DNA from: Chlamydiia bacterium
Lineage (GTDB): Bacteria; Chlamydiota; Chlamydiia; Chlamydiales; GCA-2402025
Length of the DNA: 64,000 nucleotides
Assembly: GCA_022601395.1 (NCBI GenBank)
Contig: JAJACS010000001.1
Span: 10,299-74,298, forward strand
Direction: 5' to 3'
The position numbers and the translations under genes are program-made. This document shows, piece after piece, positions 56,798 to 64,000 of this stretch (positions are counted from its first letter, which is position 1; the number at the start of each line of letters is the position of its first letter). The notes beneath the pieces were generated by a model. The model did no database searches. It was not told the DNA's origin and saw only the letters and a list, made by a program, of their open reading frames with translations.

Positions 56798-57289
56798 GTG
56801 GTTAAAAGGCTAAAATCAGGAGACAGATGGATGCAAGGTGGATTTGGAAAAAACCTTTGGCTACTATTTTTTGGGGTAACCTGCGCAGTTTCCCTATGGT
56901 TTCTCGCTCTTTTTAGTATTAAAATGTATCCTTATATTATGCTCTCACAGGTGACAAATGCGAGAGTGTCGGAATTTCATGCAAAGCCTCTTTCTGAGAA
57001 CAAGTATGCTGTAGAGGCAAAATTTTCTTTTAAAGCTGCAGGGAAGGATTATGAAGAGAGCTACACCTTTGTAAAGCCCATTTTTCTTAATAAGTTTGCT
57101 GCTGAAAATCACGTAAAGAATTTTTGGAAAGAGCAGAGCGATTGGCTTGTGTACTATAAGAAGGGGAACCCTTCTTACTGCTCGCTTCAGAAGATTTTCC
57201 CATTTAAGTATCTATTTAACTTTGGGATTACGTTTTGTATTATGTTTTACTTCATGTGGCTTAGAAATTATGTAGCTAGAATGAGTTAA
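56798..57289 (+). CDS. hypothetical membrane protein (two TM helices flanking a small beta-rich domain, DUF3592-like layout)
   Basis: TM1 LWLLFFGVTCAVSLWFLALF and TM2 FNFGITFCIMFYFMW. The family call rests on architecture only, and the start is uncertain. Confidence 0.4.
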   Translation: MVKRLKSGDRWMQGGFGKNLWLLFFGVTCAVSLWFLALFSIKMYPYIMLSQVTNARVSEFHAKPLSENKYAVEAKFSFKAAGKDYEESYTFVKPIFLNKFAAENHVKNFWKEQSDWLVYYKKGNPSYCSLQKIFPFKYLFNFGITFCIMFYFMWLRNYVARMS

Positions 57290-57449
57290 TACTAGTCGGA
57301 ATTAGAGGAGTGTATTAAGAGGTAAAAAAGTATTCTTATAATTTTTTTTACTTTATTTAAAACTGACATATCTTCCATTGTATGGCATAGAGTCCAAAAT
57401 CATTAGGTTTTGGATGATGACTCTATTTAGAGATTTCTTCAATATCATC

Positions 57450-57478
57450 TTGACATTTAGATGTATTGTCAGCAGAAT
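57450..57478 (+). promoter_or_regulatory. candidate promoter upstream of rpoD
   Basis: TTGACA (57450-57455), 17-nt spacer, CAGAAT (57473-57478), ~87 nt upstream of the rpoD ATG. An interrupted inverted repeat (atagagtccaaaa...ttttgg...gactctat) lies just upstream at about 57399-57426. Confidence 0.3.
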
Positions 57479-57564
57479 TTAAAGCGCCGGTTTTCGTTTT
57501 TTAGTAAAAGTAGAAGTATGTCTTTTTCTTTTCACAGATTTATTCATAACATCCTTAGGAGTAT

Positions 57565-59229
57565 ATGAGCAATACAGGACAAAATGTTTTTGACCCACAG
57601 CATCAGCAAAAGCTAGAAGAACTCGTTGCGATAGCAAAAGAGCAAGGATATCTCACCTATGAGGAGATCAACGAAGTTCTTCCAATGAATTTCGACACTC
57701 CTGAGCTCATCGACCAAGTGCTTATTTTCTTAAGTGGCATGGATATTCAGATCCTGAATCAGGCTGAAGTTGAAAGACAGAAAGAGAGAAAGAAAGAAGC
57801 TAAAGAACTTGAGTCTCTGCCTAAGAGGGCTGAAGGTTCTTCCGATGATCCTGTAAGGATGTACTTGAAAGAGATGGGATCTGTGCCTCTACTTACAAGA
57901 GAAGAAGAAGTGGAGATTTCTAAAAGGATTGAGAAAGCTCAGATACAGATCGAGCGTATCATCATGCGTTTCCGCTACTCCATCCGTGAGACAATTTCGA
58001 TTGCGCATTATTTGATTAATGGAAAAGAGCGTTTTGACAAAATCGTTACAGAGAAGGAAATTGCGGATAAGACAAAGTTTCTTGGCATCCTTCCAAAGCT
58101 TTGTGAAGTTCTCTTAAGAGAGAATGTCGAGCTTCAAGGTTTCCTTGTGAAGCTGAGAGATTCAGGTCTTAAGAAGGTAGACATCGTTAAAATTAATGAA
58201 GATATTGAAAAGTGCCGTATTAGAACGCAGGCATATCTTCGTCAGATGCACTTCAGGCATAACATCATTGATGACTTTGCTGAGGTGATCTTAAGTGCTT
58301 ATGATAGGTTCTTGCAGCTTGAAAAAGAGATTCAAGAACTGATCCCAAGAGCGGAGAAGAACAGATTCGCTGCTGCAAAGTTAAATTCTGCTAGAAGAAA
58401 GCTTAGAAAGAGAGAGCTTGCTGGTGGAAGAACTCTTGATGAGTTCAAAAAAGACGTTAGAATGCTACAACGTTGGATGGACAAGAGTCAGGAAGCCAAA
58501 AGAGAAATGGTGGAGTCCAACCTACGTCTTGTAATCTCGATAGCTAAAAAATATACAAATAGAGGCCTATCCTTTTTGGATCTGATCCAAGAGGGGAATA
58601 TGGGTCTTATGAAGGCTGTTGAGAAGTTCGAGTACAGAAGAGGTTACAAATTCTCTACTTATGCGACTTGGTGGATTAGACAGGCGGTAACAAGAGCGAT
58701 CGCAGACCAGGCGCGTACCATCCGTATTCCTGTGCACATGATTGAAACGATCAATAAGGTTCTTCGCGGCGCGAAGAAACTTATGATGGAAACAGGAAGA
58801 GAGCCAACACCAGAAGAGCTCGCAAAAGAGCTTGGTCTTACTCCAGAGAGAGTGCGTGAGATTTATAAGATTGCGCAGCATCCGATTTCACTTCAGGCTG
58901 AAGTTGGAGATAGTGGAGAGAGTCAGTTTGGTGATTTCTTAGAAGATACAGGTATCGAGTCTCCTGCAGAAGCGACGGGATACTCCATCTTAAAAGACAA
59001 AATGAACGAAGTACTTAGTACGCTTACAGACCGTGAGAGAACTGTACTTATCGAGCGTTTTGGTCTTCTAGATGGAAAGCCAAAGACACTTGAAGAAGTG
59101 GGTGTTCGCTTTAAGGTAACAAGAGAGCGTGTAAGACAGATCGAAGCGAAAGCTCTTCGTAAGATGCGTCACCCTACAAGATCAAAGCAGCTGCAAGCGT
59201 TCTTAGATCTTATTGGCGGAGAAAGTTAA
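57565..59229 (+). CDS. rpoD: primary RNA polymerase sigma factor (sigma-70/66)
   Basis: Region 2 ([40 protein letters not shown]), region 3, and region 4 ([30 protein letters not shown]). Confidence 0.95.
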   Translation: MSNTGQNVFDPQHQQKLEELVAIAKEQGYLTYEEINEVLPMNFDTPELIDQVLIFLSGMDIQILNQAEVERQKERKKEAKELESLPKRAEGSSDDPVRMYLKEMGSVPLLTREEEVEISKRIEKAQIQIERIIMRFRYSIRETISIAHYLINGKERFDKIVTEKEIADKTKFLGILPKLCEVLLRENVELQGFLVKLRDSGLKKVDIVKINEDIEKCRIRTQAYLRQMHFRHNIIDDFAEVILSAYDRFLQLEKEIQELIPRAEKNRFAAAKLNSARRKLRKRELAGGRTLDEFKKDVRMLQRWMDKSQEAKREMVESNLRLVISIAKKYTNRGLSFLDLIQEGNMGLMKAVEKFEYRRGYKFSTYATWWIRQAVTRAIADQARTIRIPVHMIETINKVLRGAKKLMMETGREPTPEELAKELGLTPERVREIYKIAQHPISLQAEVGDSGESQFGDFLEDTGIESPAEATGYSILKDKMNEVLSTLTDRERTVLIERFGLLDGKPKTLEEVGVRFKVTRERVRQIEAKALRKMRHPTRSKQLQAFLDLIGGES

Positions 59230-59238
59230 AGAGTCATA

Positions 59239-59277
59239 AAAGCCGTTTAAATTGTTTTGCAGTTTAATCGGCTTTTT
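59239..59277 (+). terminator. rho-independent terminator after rpoD
   Basis: aaagccgtttaaa / tttaatcggcttt stem (one mismatch) with an 11-nt loop, followed by TTTTT. Confidence 0.55.
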
Positions 59278-59292
59278 CGAAAGTCATGTGAA

Positions 59293-59365
59293 TGGAGTGT
59301 ACCGGGATCGAACCGGTTGCCTCAACAATGCCATTGTTGCGCTCTACCAATTGAGCTAACACCCC
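59293..59365 (-). tRNA. tRNA-Ala (anticodon GGC)
   Basis: Revcomp GGGGTGT TA GCTC AATTGGTA GAGC G CAACA ATGGCAT TGTTG AGGCA ACCGG TTCGATC CCGGT ACACTCC A. G3:U70 identity pair present. CCA is not encoded. Confidence 0.85.
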
Positions 59366-59492
59366 GTGATAAAGAGTTTTAATCATACCTCGTTCTTTTG
59401 ATTTTATCAATAAAGAGGGGCTTTGCTATTTCTCCTTGCGAGCTTTATCAAAAATATTCTATCTAGAAGTTTTGGCAAAGCAAGGTTCTTCC

Positions 59493-60167
59493 ATGAAAAT
59501 CATAGATCTCACACAAACTCTATCTGAAAAAACTCCAGTAGCTCCTGTAAAAACGTGTTTTACGAGGATCGTGCAAGCTCGCTATGAGCATATGTATCGC
59601 ATTGATGATATCAATCTTTGTACAGGAATAGGAACGCATATGGATGCACCGTTGCATTTTGATCCGAATGGGTGCGCAATAGATGAGATCCCTCTTGAGA
59701 AATGTCATGGAGATGCGTGCGTACTTCATCTCAAAGATAAAGTCGGGGACAACATCGACTATGGGGTATCAGCAGAAGATGTTCTTGCCTTTGAGAAAGA
59801 GCATGGAAAAGTTCCTAAGGGCTCTCATTTTCTTGTTCACACAGGATGGGATAGGTTTTGGGATACGGATAAATTTTGTCCTACTAATGCTGAAGGAGGT
59901 TGCAACTTTCCTGGAATACTAGAGGATGCTGCAAAACTTCTTTTTGAAAGAGGCGTTACAAGTGTTGGTATTGATTCGATGGGGATCGACCAAGGAATCA
60001 ATCCAAAGTTTCCTGCTCACGTAGTCTTTTTAAAAAACAATATACTTTTAACAGAGAATCTAGCGAACCTTGAAAAGGTTCCACCAACAGGCGCTAAGAT
60101 CTGGATGTTCCCATTAAAAATTGAGGGTGCTCCAGAAGCTCCGATACGTGCTGTAGCAATACTCTAA
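59493..60167 (+). CDS. cyclase-family protein (kynurenine formamidase-like)
   Basis: GIGTHMDAPLHF (HxGTHxDxPxH motif) and HTGWD. The track start at 59436 is probably too far upstream; MKIIDLTQ at 59493 is typical. Confidence 0.65.
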   Translation: MKIIDLTQTLSEKTPVAPVKTCFTRIVQARYEHMYRIDDINLCTGIGTHMDAPLHFDPNGCAIDEIPLEKCHGDACVLHLKDKVGDNIDYGVSAEDVLAFEKEHGKVPKGSHFLVHTGWDRFWDTDKFCPTNAEGGCNFPGILEDAAKLLFERGVTSVGIDSMGIDQGINPKFPAHVVFLKNNILLTENLANLEKVPPTGAKIWMFPLKIEGAPEAPIRAVAIL

Positions 60168-60282
60168 AATCTTATCAAACTACCAACTTCCTGAAATTTT
60201 TTTAAAAAAACACTTGCGTAATAACTTAATTTTTATTTAATACTTTCTTTAAAAATCTACGAAACTTTTTTAAGGAGAGGAT

Positions 60283-61278
60283 ATGGCTTCAAAAGTTGGT
60301 GCAATTACTGCACAAAATATGATGGATGTTGCAAGACACATGCCATTTGTAAATAGCGCGATAGGAGATAGAGCAAATCCGCAAGGGCGTATATACGGAC
60401 AAGAAACAGTATCTAATGGACAGGCATGTGTAGAGCTTTTTCCTATAGAGAAAAGGCACTACTCTGCTGACGTTGCAGAGATGAAAACGAGTACAGAAGA
60501 TGGAGTAGAGTATTTTGCTCCTGAAGGAAGAATGGAGGTAGCGAAGGTTGTTTACGTTAGTGAAATAGGAAGAAAAGGAGTGATTACCCTTCTAACGAGA
60601 AGATATGGTCCACTAGCTGCAGCTGCAGCATTTGAAAAGAAAAAGATCCCAATGTCTGATAGTGAAATAGCGTTTAAAATTTCAGATTATGAGGAACTAA
60701 AAGAAGGAGCGGCAGAAGCAGCTGATGTAATAACTCAACTGTATCAAGATCTTGTTAGACATCAACTTGGCCAGGCATTTAGAGAAAGGCATGGCGTAGA
60801 CTCACCCAGGCCAGCTCGCAAATTTGAGCGTTATGCAGAAGAAGGTATGGAGGCTTTGTGTTTAACGGAAGAAGATAGGAGAACTGAAAACTTATGGGTA
60901 ATTAATAGAAGTGAATCACGCTTAGATCCTTTTTCTACAATGGCTTTAAGTAATAAGCTTAAAGATACTGCTTTTGCATTTGAATCTTTTAATGCGGGTT
61001 GGATATTTGCTCAAGAAGTTCGAGCAACTCTTGAGGAAAGAGCTTCTCGCTTAGAAGAAGGGCAAAAAGAGCATTTGGTTACAACAAAACAAATTTGGGA
61101 TGCTGTTGTGGAAACTTCTTTAAAGCAGCAAAGAAAACCTAAAGACCCTGAGTTTTTTGCAGAGATGCCAGATGCAGAAAGGTTTTCAGGACCGCTATAT
61201 GCACTAGATCGAGTAGACGATTATCCGTTAGATCTTTTAGTGGAGCTTATAAGAAGAGAAGCTGCACTTCCGGTGTAA
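60283..61278 (+). CDS. hypothetical cytoplasmic or secreted-effector-type protein, no recognisable family
   Basis: Strong SD (AAGGAGAGG) 4 nt before the ATG and its own terminator. No signal peptide or TM segment. Confidence 0.5.
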   Translation: MASKVGAITAQNMMDVARHMPFVNSAIGDRANPQGRIYGQETVSNGQACVELFPIEKRHYSADVAEMKTSTEDGVEYFAPEGRMEVAKVVYVSEIGRKGVITLLTRRYGPLAAAAAFEKKKIPMSDSEIAFKISDYEELKEGAAEAADVITQLYQDLVRHQLGQAFRERHGVDSPRPARKFERYAEEGMEALCLTEEDRRTENLWVINRSESRLDPFSTMALSNKLKDTAFAFESFNAGWIFAQEVRATLEERASRLEEGQKEHLVTTKQIWDAVVETSLKQQRKPKDPEFFAEMPDAERFSGPLYALDRVDDYPLDLLVELIRREAALPV

Positions 61279-61302
61279 ATTTTTATAAACAGTTTTTACT
61301 TC

Positions 61303-61334
61303 AAGGCGCATTTCCTAGTGCGCCTTTTTGTTTT
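61303..61334 (+). terminator. rho-independent terminator after the 331-aa orphan gene
   Basis: 8-bp stem aaggcgca / tgcgcctt with an 8-nt loop, then TTTGTTTT. Confidence 0.65.
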
Positions 61335-61420
61335 CAATGGAATCAATGAGATTTTCTTTCAAAAAAATCCAAGAAGATTTTTAATGACGACATTTTTCAA
61401 CTAGAAAGGATTTTCTATAA

Positions 61421-62551
61421 ATGAAGCGATACTTCTCTCTTTTTATTTTCATACTGAGCACTCACCTAGTTTCTTCAGAGCTAATTGAAGACTTTTTGAA
61501 CAAACATCAAAAACAAATCCTTATCCATGGAGTTAGAAAAACTTCCTCCTTAGACTCAATCTTTGAGATGGGAGAGTTAACAGCTCCTGAGAAAGTTTTT
61601 TTAGAGACGGGACAGATTCAAAACAATGATAAGGGGATACTGCCGCCTTACCCTATAGATAAAGAGAAAGAAAAAATAGAGATGGACCGGTTACTTGATC
61701 TCTATGAAGAACTCTGCGAGTTTCCAGAAGTTGATCAAGATATTTGCCTTAGAGAAGGAAGCATTTCTATTCCTTTTCCCTGGGGAGCCGTGCTTAATTA
61801 CGATAGCAGCAAGGAAAAGTTTAAGCTTGATGCTTCAGGGTTTAAAAATAATAAAGACAGGCTTGTTTTTATGCAGAAGCTTAAGCAGTCGGGAGAGAGC
61901 CTTGGATATAAGAACAATGAGTTCTTTATAAAACTCAACGCTTTGCAAGAGAAAAAAAAGCAGATAGGTACCTTTCTATCGGTTATCTTCGATGGTTTTT
62001 TACAGAGGTTTTCTCATGAGACAGAGTACAAGAAAAGTAAAATGATGTTTTACCTCTTCCAAGAGCTTGGAGAGTATAGGGCCCTATTTTATGATATAAA
62101 ACTTTATAGGTATTTACCAGGCAAGCCAAAGAGTACTGTTGATCTTTCGTGTGTGCGTTTGCATAGGACAAGAATCCCCATAAAAGAGGGTGTTTTCTTC
62201 TATCTAACGGGATTGAATAAACCTAAAAAGTGGTTAAGGCTTTTTGGAGCAGGAGGCGTCTGGATCATTTATGGGTATTCTCATATAGAAGGCTTTAAAG
62301 ATCTGTTTTATCCTTTTAAGTACTTCGGCTATGGAGGGGATTTTAGAAATCACCGCGCAGTGATCGATAATGGTATTTTTCCCATTGCGAACAAGGGAGA
62401 GTATTTCTCTCTTTCTCTTTATGACAAAGAGTTAATTATTCTTGGCACAAAAAAGAATCTAGAACCATACATCAAAAAGTATCCAGATGTTCAGTGTGTA
62501 TTTTTCGAAGATATTACAGAGAGGCAGAGATCTCGCCTTCTTGGAGAGTAG
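61421..62551 (+). CDS. secreted hypothetical protein, local family paralog A
   Basis: Signal peptide MKRYFSLFIFILSTHLVSS, then ELIEDFLNKHQKQILIHGVRK. This N-terminal block recurs at 62631-62681 and 63950-64000. Confidence 0.5.
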   Translation: MKRYFSLFIFILSTHLVSSELIEDFLNKHQKQILIHGVRKTSSLDSIFEMGELTAPEKVFLETGQIQNNDKGILPPYPIDKEKEKIEMDRLLDLYEELCEFPEVDQDICLREGSISIPFPWGAVLNYDSSKEKFKLDASGFKNNKDRLVFMQKLKQSGESLGYKNNEFFIKLNALQEKKKQIGTFLSVIFDGFLQRFSHETEYKKSKMMFYLFQELGEYRALFYDIKLYRYLPGKPKSTVDLSCVRLHRTRIPIKEGVFFYLTGLNKPKKWLRLFGAGGVWIIYGYSHIEGFKDLFYPFKYFGYGGDFRNHRAVIDNGIFPIANKGEYFSLSLYDKELIILGTKKNLEPYIKKYPDVQCVFFEDITERQRSRLLGE

Positions 62552-62630
62552 ATTTTAGATTTTAAATTATATATAGTCTGGGTCATGTGTTTTTATTATT
62601 TTGATGAAATTTTAAATTGAGGTTTTATGA

Positions 62631-62699
62631 GATTTTTTAGAGAAGCATAAAAAGCAGGTTCTGATTCAAGGGGTGAGAAAAAAAACTCTTGAAGAATAG
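62631..62699 (+). pseudogene. gene fragment homologous to codons ~24-40 of the paralog A/B family
   Basis: Reads DFLEKHKKQVLIQGVRKKTLEE*, is preceded by an in-frame TGA and has no start. 47/51 nt identical to 63950-64000 and 38/51 to paralog A (61490-61540), by hand alignment. Confidence 0.55.
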
Positions 62700-62771
62700 A
62701 TTTTTAATTTTAATCACGTCATATTGAGGCAGATATTTTTCTTTTTACCAATCAACTTATGTAGAGGTTCT

Positions 62772-63854
62772 ATGAGACTGCTTAAAAGTTTTTTATTTTG
62801 TTTTTGTTTGGCAAGCCTGAGTTTATCTGCGGCAGTTCTTGTGAACCCGCAGAGAGCTTATGTTGTGAATCAGGAAGATGATACTGTGTCTCTTATCAGC
62901 ACATCCACAGATACATTGCAAAGTACTCCTGTGTTTCAAGGTTTTGATAGGCCGCAATCGATTGCAATTCTTAGTAGTGGCATAAAAGGATACGTTACGA
63001 ATGCTGATGGTGGTACTGTATCGGTGATTGATTTTGTGAATAATTCGGTAGATCACACAAGTTTGACAGGCTTTAATCAACCCTGGGCAATCGTTGCTAC
63101 TCCTGATAGAAAGAAGGTGTATGTAACGAACTTGGATTCAAGTAGTGTTAGCGTTATAAGCGTTGAAGCAAACACTGTGAATCACTCAGTCTTTCCAAAT
63201 AGTTTTAATAATCCAAGATCGATTGCGATCACTCCAGATGGCACGAAAGTCTTTGTTTCTAACAAAAGTGGAGATAGTGTAATTGTCATTAATACAAAAA
63301 CAGACCAGATCATAAGAACTCTTACAGGTTTTGACAATCCATTTGGAGTGGCGGTAACCCCGGATGGAACGAAAGCGTATGTAGCAAATCAAGGTTCTAT
63401 CAATTCAGTAAGTATTATCGATGTGGAATCACTTGATGTTGATCATACGTCTCTTATGACGGGATTTGATTCTCCATATTACATAGCTATAGTGCAGAAA
63501 CAGGGTATAGAGAAAGCTTTCGTAACAAATGAATTTGATAACAGCCTTAACATTATTAACCTTTCGAATAATAATGTAACTAGCATTGAAGTAAGCGATG
63601 ATCCTTATGCTGTGGCTATTTCTGCTGATGGAACTAAAGTTTATGTATCTTCTGCGGCGAACTCTTGTACTTCTGGTGAAGGAGGAGTAGATGTGATTGA
63701 TACTGCAACCAACCAATTGATTAAAACTATTACGGGCTTTAGTTTTCCAACAAGCATTGGAGTCGTTCCCATTGTATCTGTGGTACCTGAAGTCAACTAC
63801 TCTTCTTTTAAGGGACAGAAAGGCGTAACGTTAAAATGGTTACTTGCTCAGTAG
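62772..63854 (+). CDS. YVTN-family beta-propeller repeat protein, secreted
   Basis: ATG 62772 (AGAGG upstream) gives the signal peptide MRLLKSFLFCFCLASLSLSAA. It has ~40-aa repeats: KGYVTNADGGTVSVIDFVNNSV, KVYVTNLDSSSVSVISVEANTV, KVFVSNKSGDSVIVINTKTDQI, KAYVANQGSINSVSIIDVESL and KVYVSSAAN...VDVIDTATNQL. Confidence 0.7.
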   Translation: MRLLKSFLFCFCLASLSLSAAVLVNPQRAYVVNQEDDTVSLISTSTDTLQSTPVFQGFDRPQSIAILSSGIKGYVTNADGGTVSVIDFVNNSVDHTSLTGFNQPWAIVATPDRKKVYVTNLDSSSVSVISVEANTVNHSVFPNSFNNPRSIAITPDGTKVFVSNKSGDSVIVINTKTDQIIRTLTGFDNPFGVAVTPDGTKAYVANQGSINSVSIIDVESLDVDHTSLMTGFDSPYYIAIVQKQGIEKAFVTNEFDNSLNIINLSNNNVTSIEVSDDPYAVAISADGTKVYVSSAANSCTSGEGGVDVIDTATNQLIKTITGFSFPTSIGVVPIVSVVPEVNYSSFKGQKGVTLKWLLAQ

Positions 63855-63871
63855 TGTGAAAGTAATACCTC

Positions 63872-64000
63872 ATGCAGTAAGGGGAAGTCTTTCTTTGTAC
63901 TTCTACTTCCCCTTATTTTTTTTGGTCATTTTCTTCAGACATTCTCGAAGATTTTTTAGAAAAGCATAAAAAGCAGATTCTCATTCATGGGGTGAGAAAA
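63872..64000 (+). CDS. 5' end of family paralog B (runs off the right edge); start codon unresolved, possibly disrupted
   Basis: The frame ending at 64000 reads ...FFWSFSSDILEDFLEKHKKQILIHGVRK, against paralog A ...STHLVSSELIEDFLNKHQKQILIHGVRK. The only in-frame ATG (63872) is followed by CAG TAA. TTG 63895, with SD GGGGAAG, is one nt out of frame across a T8 run (63916-63923). Confidence 0.4.

Noticed and set aside
1-64000. Scan for CRISPR arrays, rRNA operons, IS elements, prophage genes or recognisable defence systems (restriction-modification, toxin-antitoxin, CBASS-like)
   Set aside because: I could recognise none. The only repeats are the paralogous gene families and the two duplicated gene fragments reported above. 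The MORN/YwqK-like lipoprotein has no adjacent toxin partner.

Overview
This is a gene-dense 64-kb chromosomal segment with about 60 CDS and 2 tRNA genes. I saw no rRNA, CRISPR array, transposase or integrase. It most likely comes from a member of the phylum Chlamydiae, probably an environmental (non-Chlamydiaceae) lineage; the species cannot be named from sequence alone. The assignment rests on four things: a 719-aa long-form GreA, the thrS / parA(minD-like) / pGP6-D-related gene order known from Chlamydia trachomatis, MOMP-like porins, and rpsT near rpoD. Housekeeping genes include greA, rdgB, oppA-like, dus, acyP, glk, recA, ispA-like, ung, dapA, purB, thrS, recC-recB-recD, rpsT and rpoD, plus tRNA-Pro(GGG) and tRNA-Ala(GGC). 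The dominant feature is a concentration of outer-membrane proteins. There are seven tandem paralogous beta-barrel porins (13.7-23.1 kb), two short tandem MOMP-like porins (37.3-39.0 kb), and a 1259-aa inverse-autotransporter-type protein transcribed divergently from another beta-barrel protein (39.1-44.2 kb). Main hunt results: (1) the porin array is built from independent transcription units. (2) An AT-rich sulfotransferase gene sits between dus and acyP and is followed by a decayed duplicate of the dus 3' end, which looks like an insertion footprint. (3) A YVTN beta-propeller gene is similarly bracketed by a 51-nt direct repeat derived from the 5' end of a local paralog family. (4) A PBP4 (DacB)-like protein has all three penicillin-binding catalytic motifs substituted. 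(5) An ATP sulfurylase has a signal-peptide-like N-terminus. All family calls come from motif recognition by eye and need HMM or BLAST confirmation.
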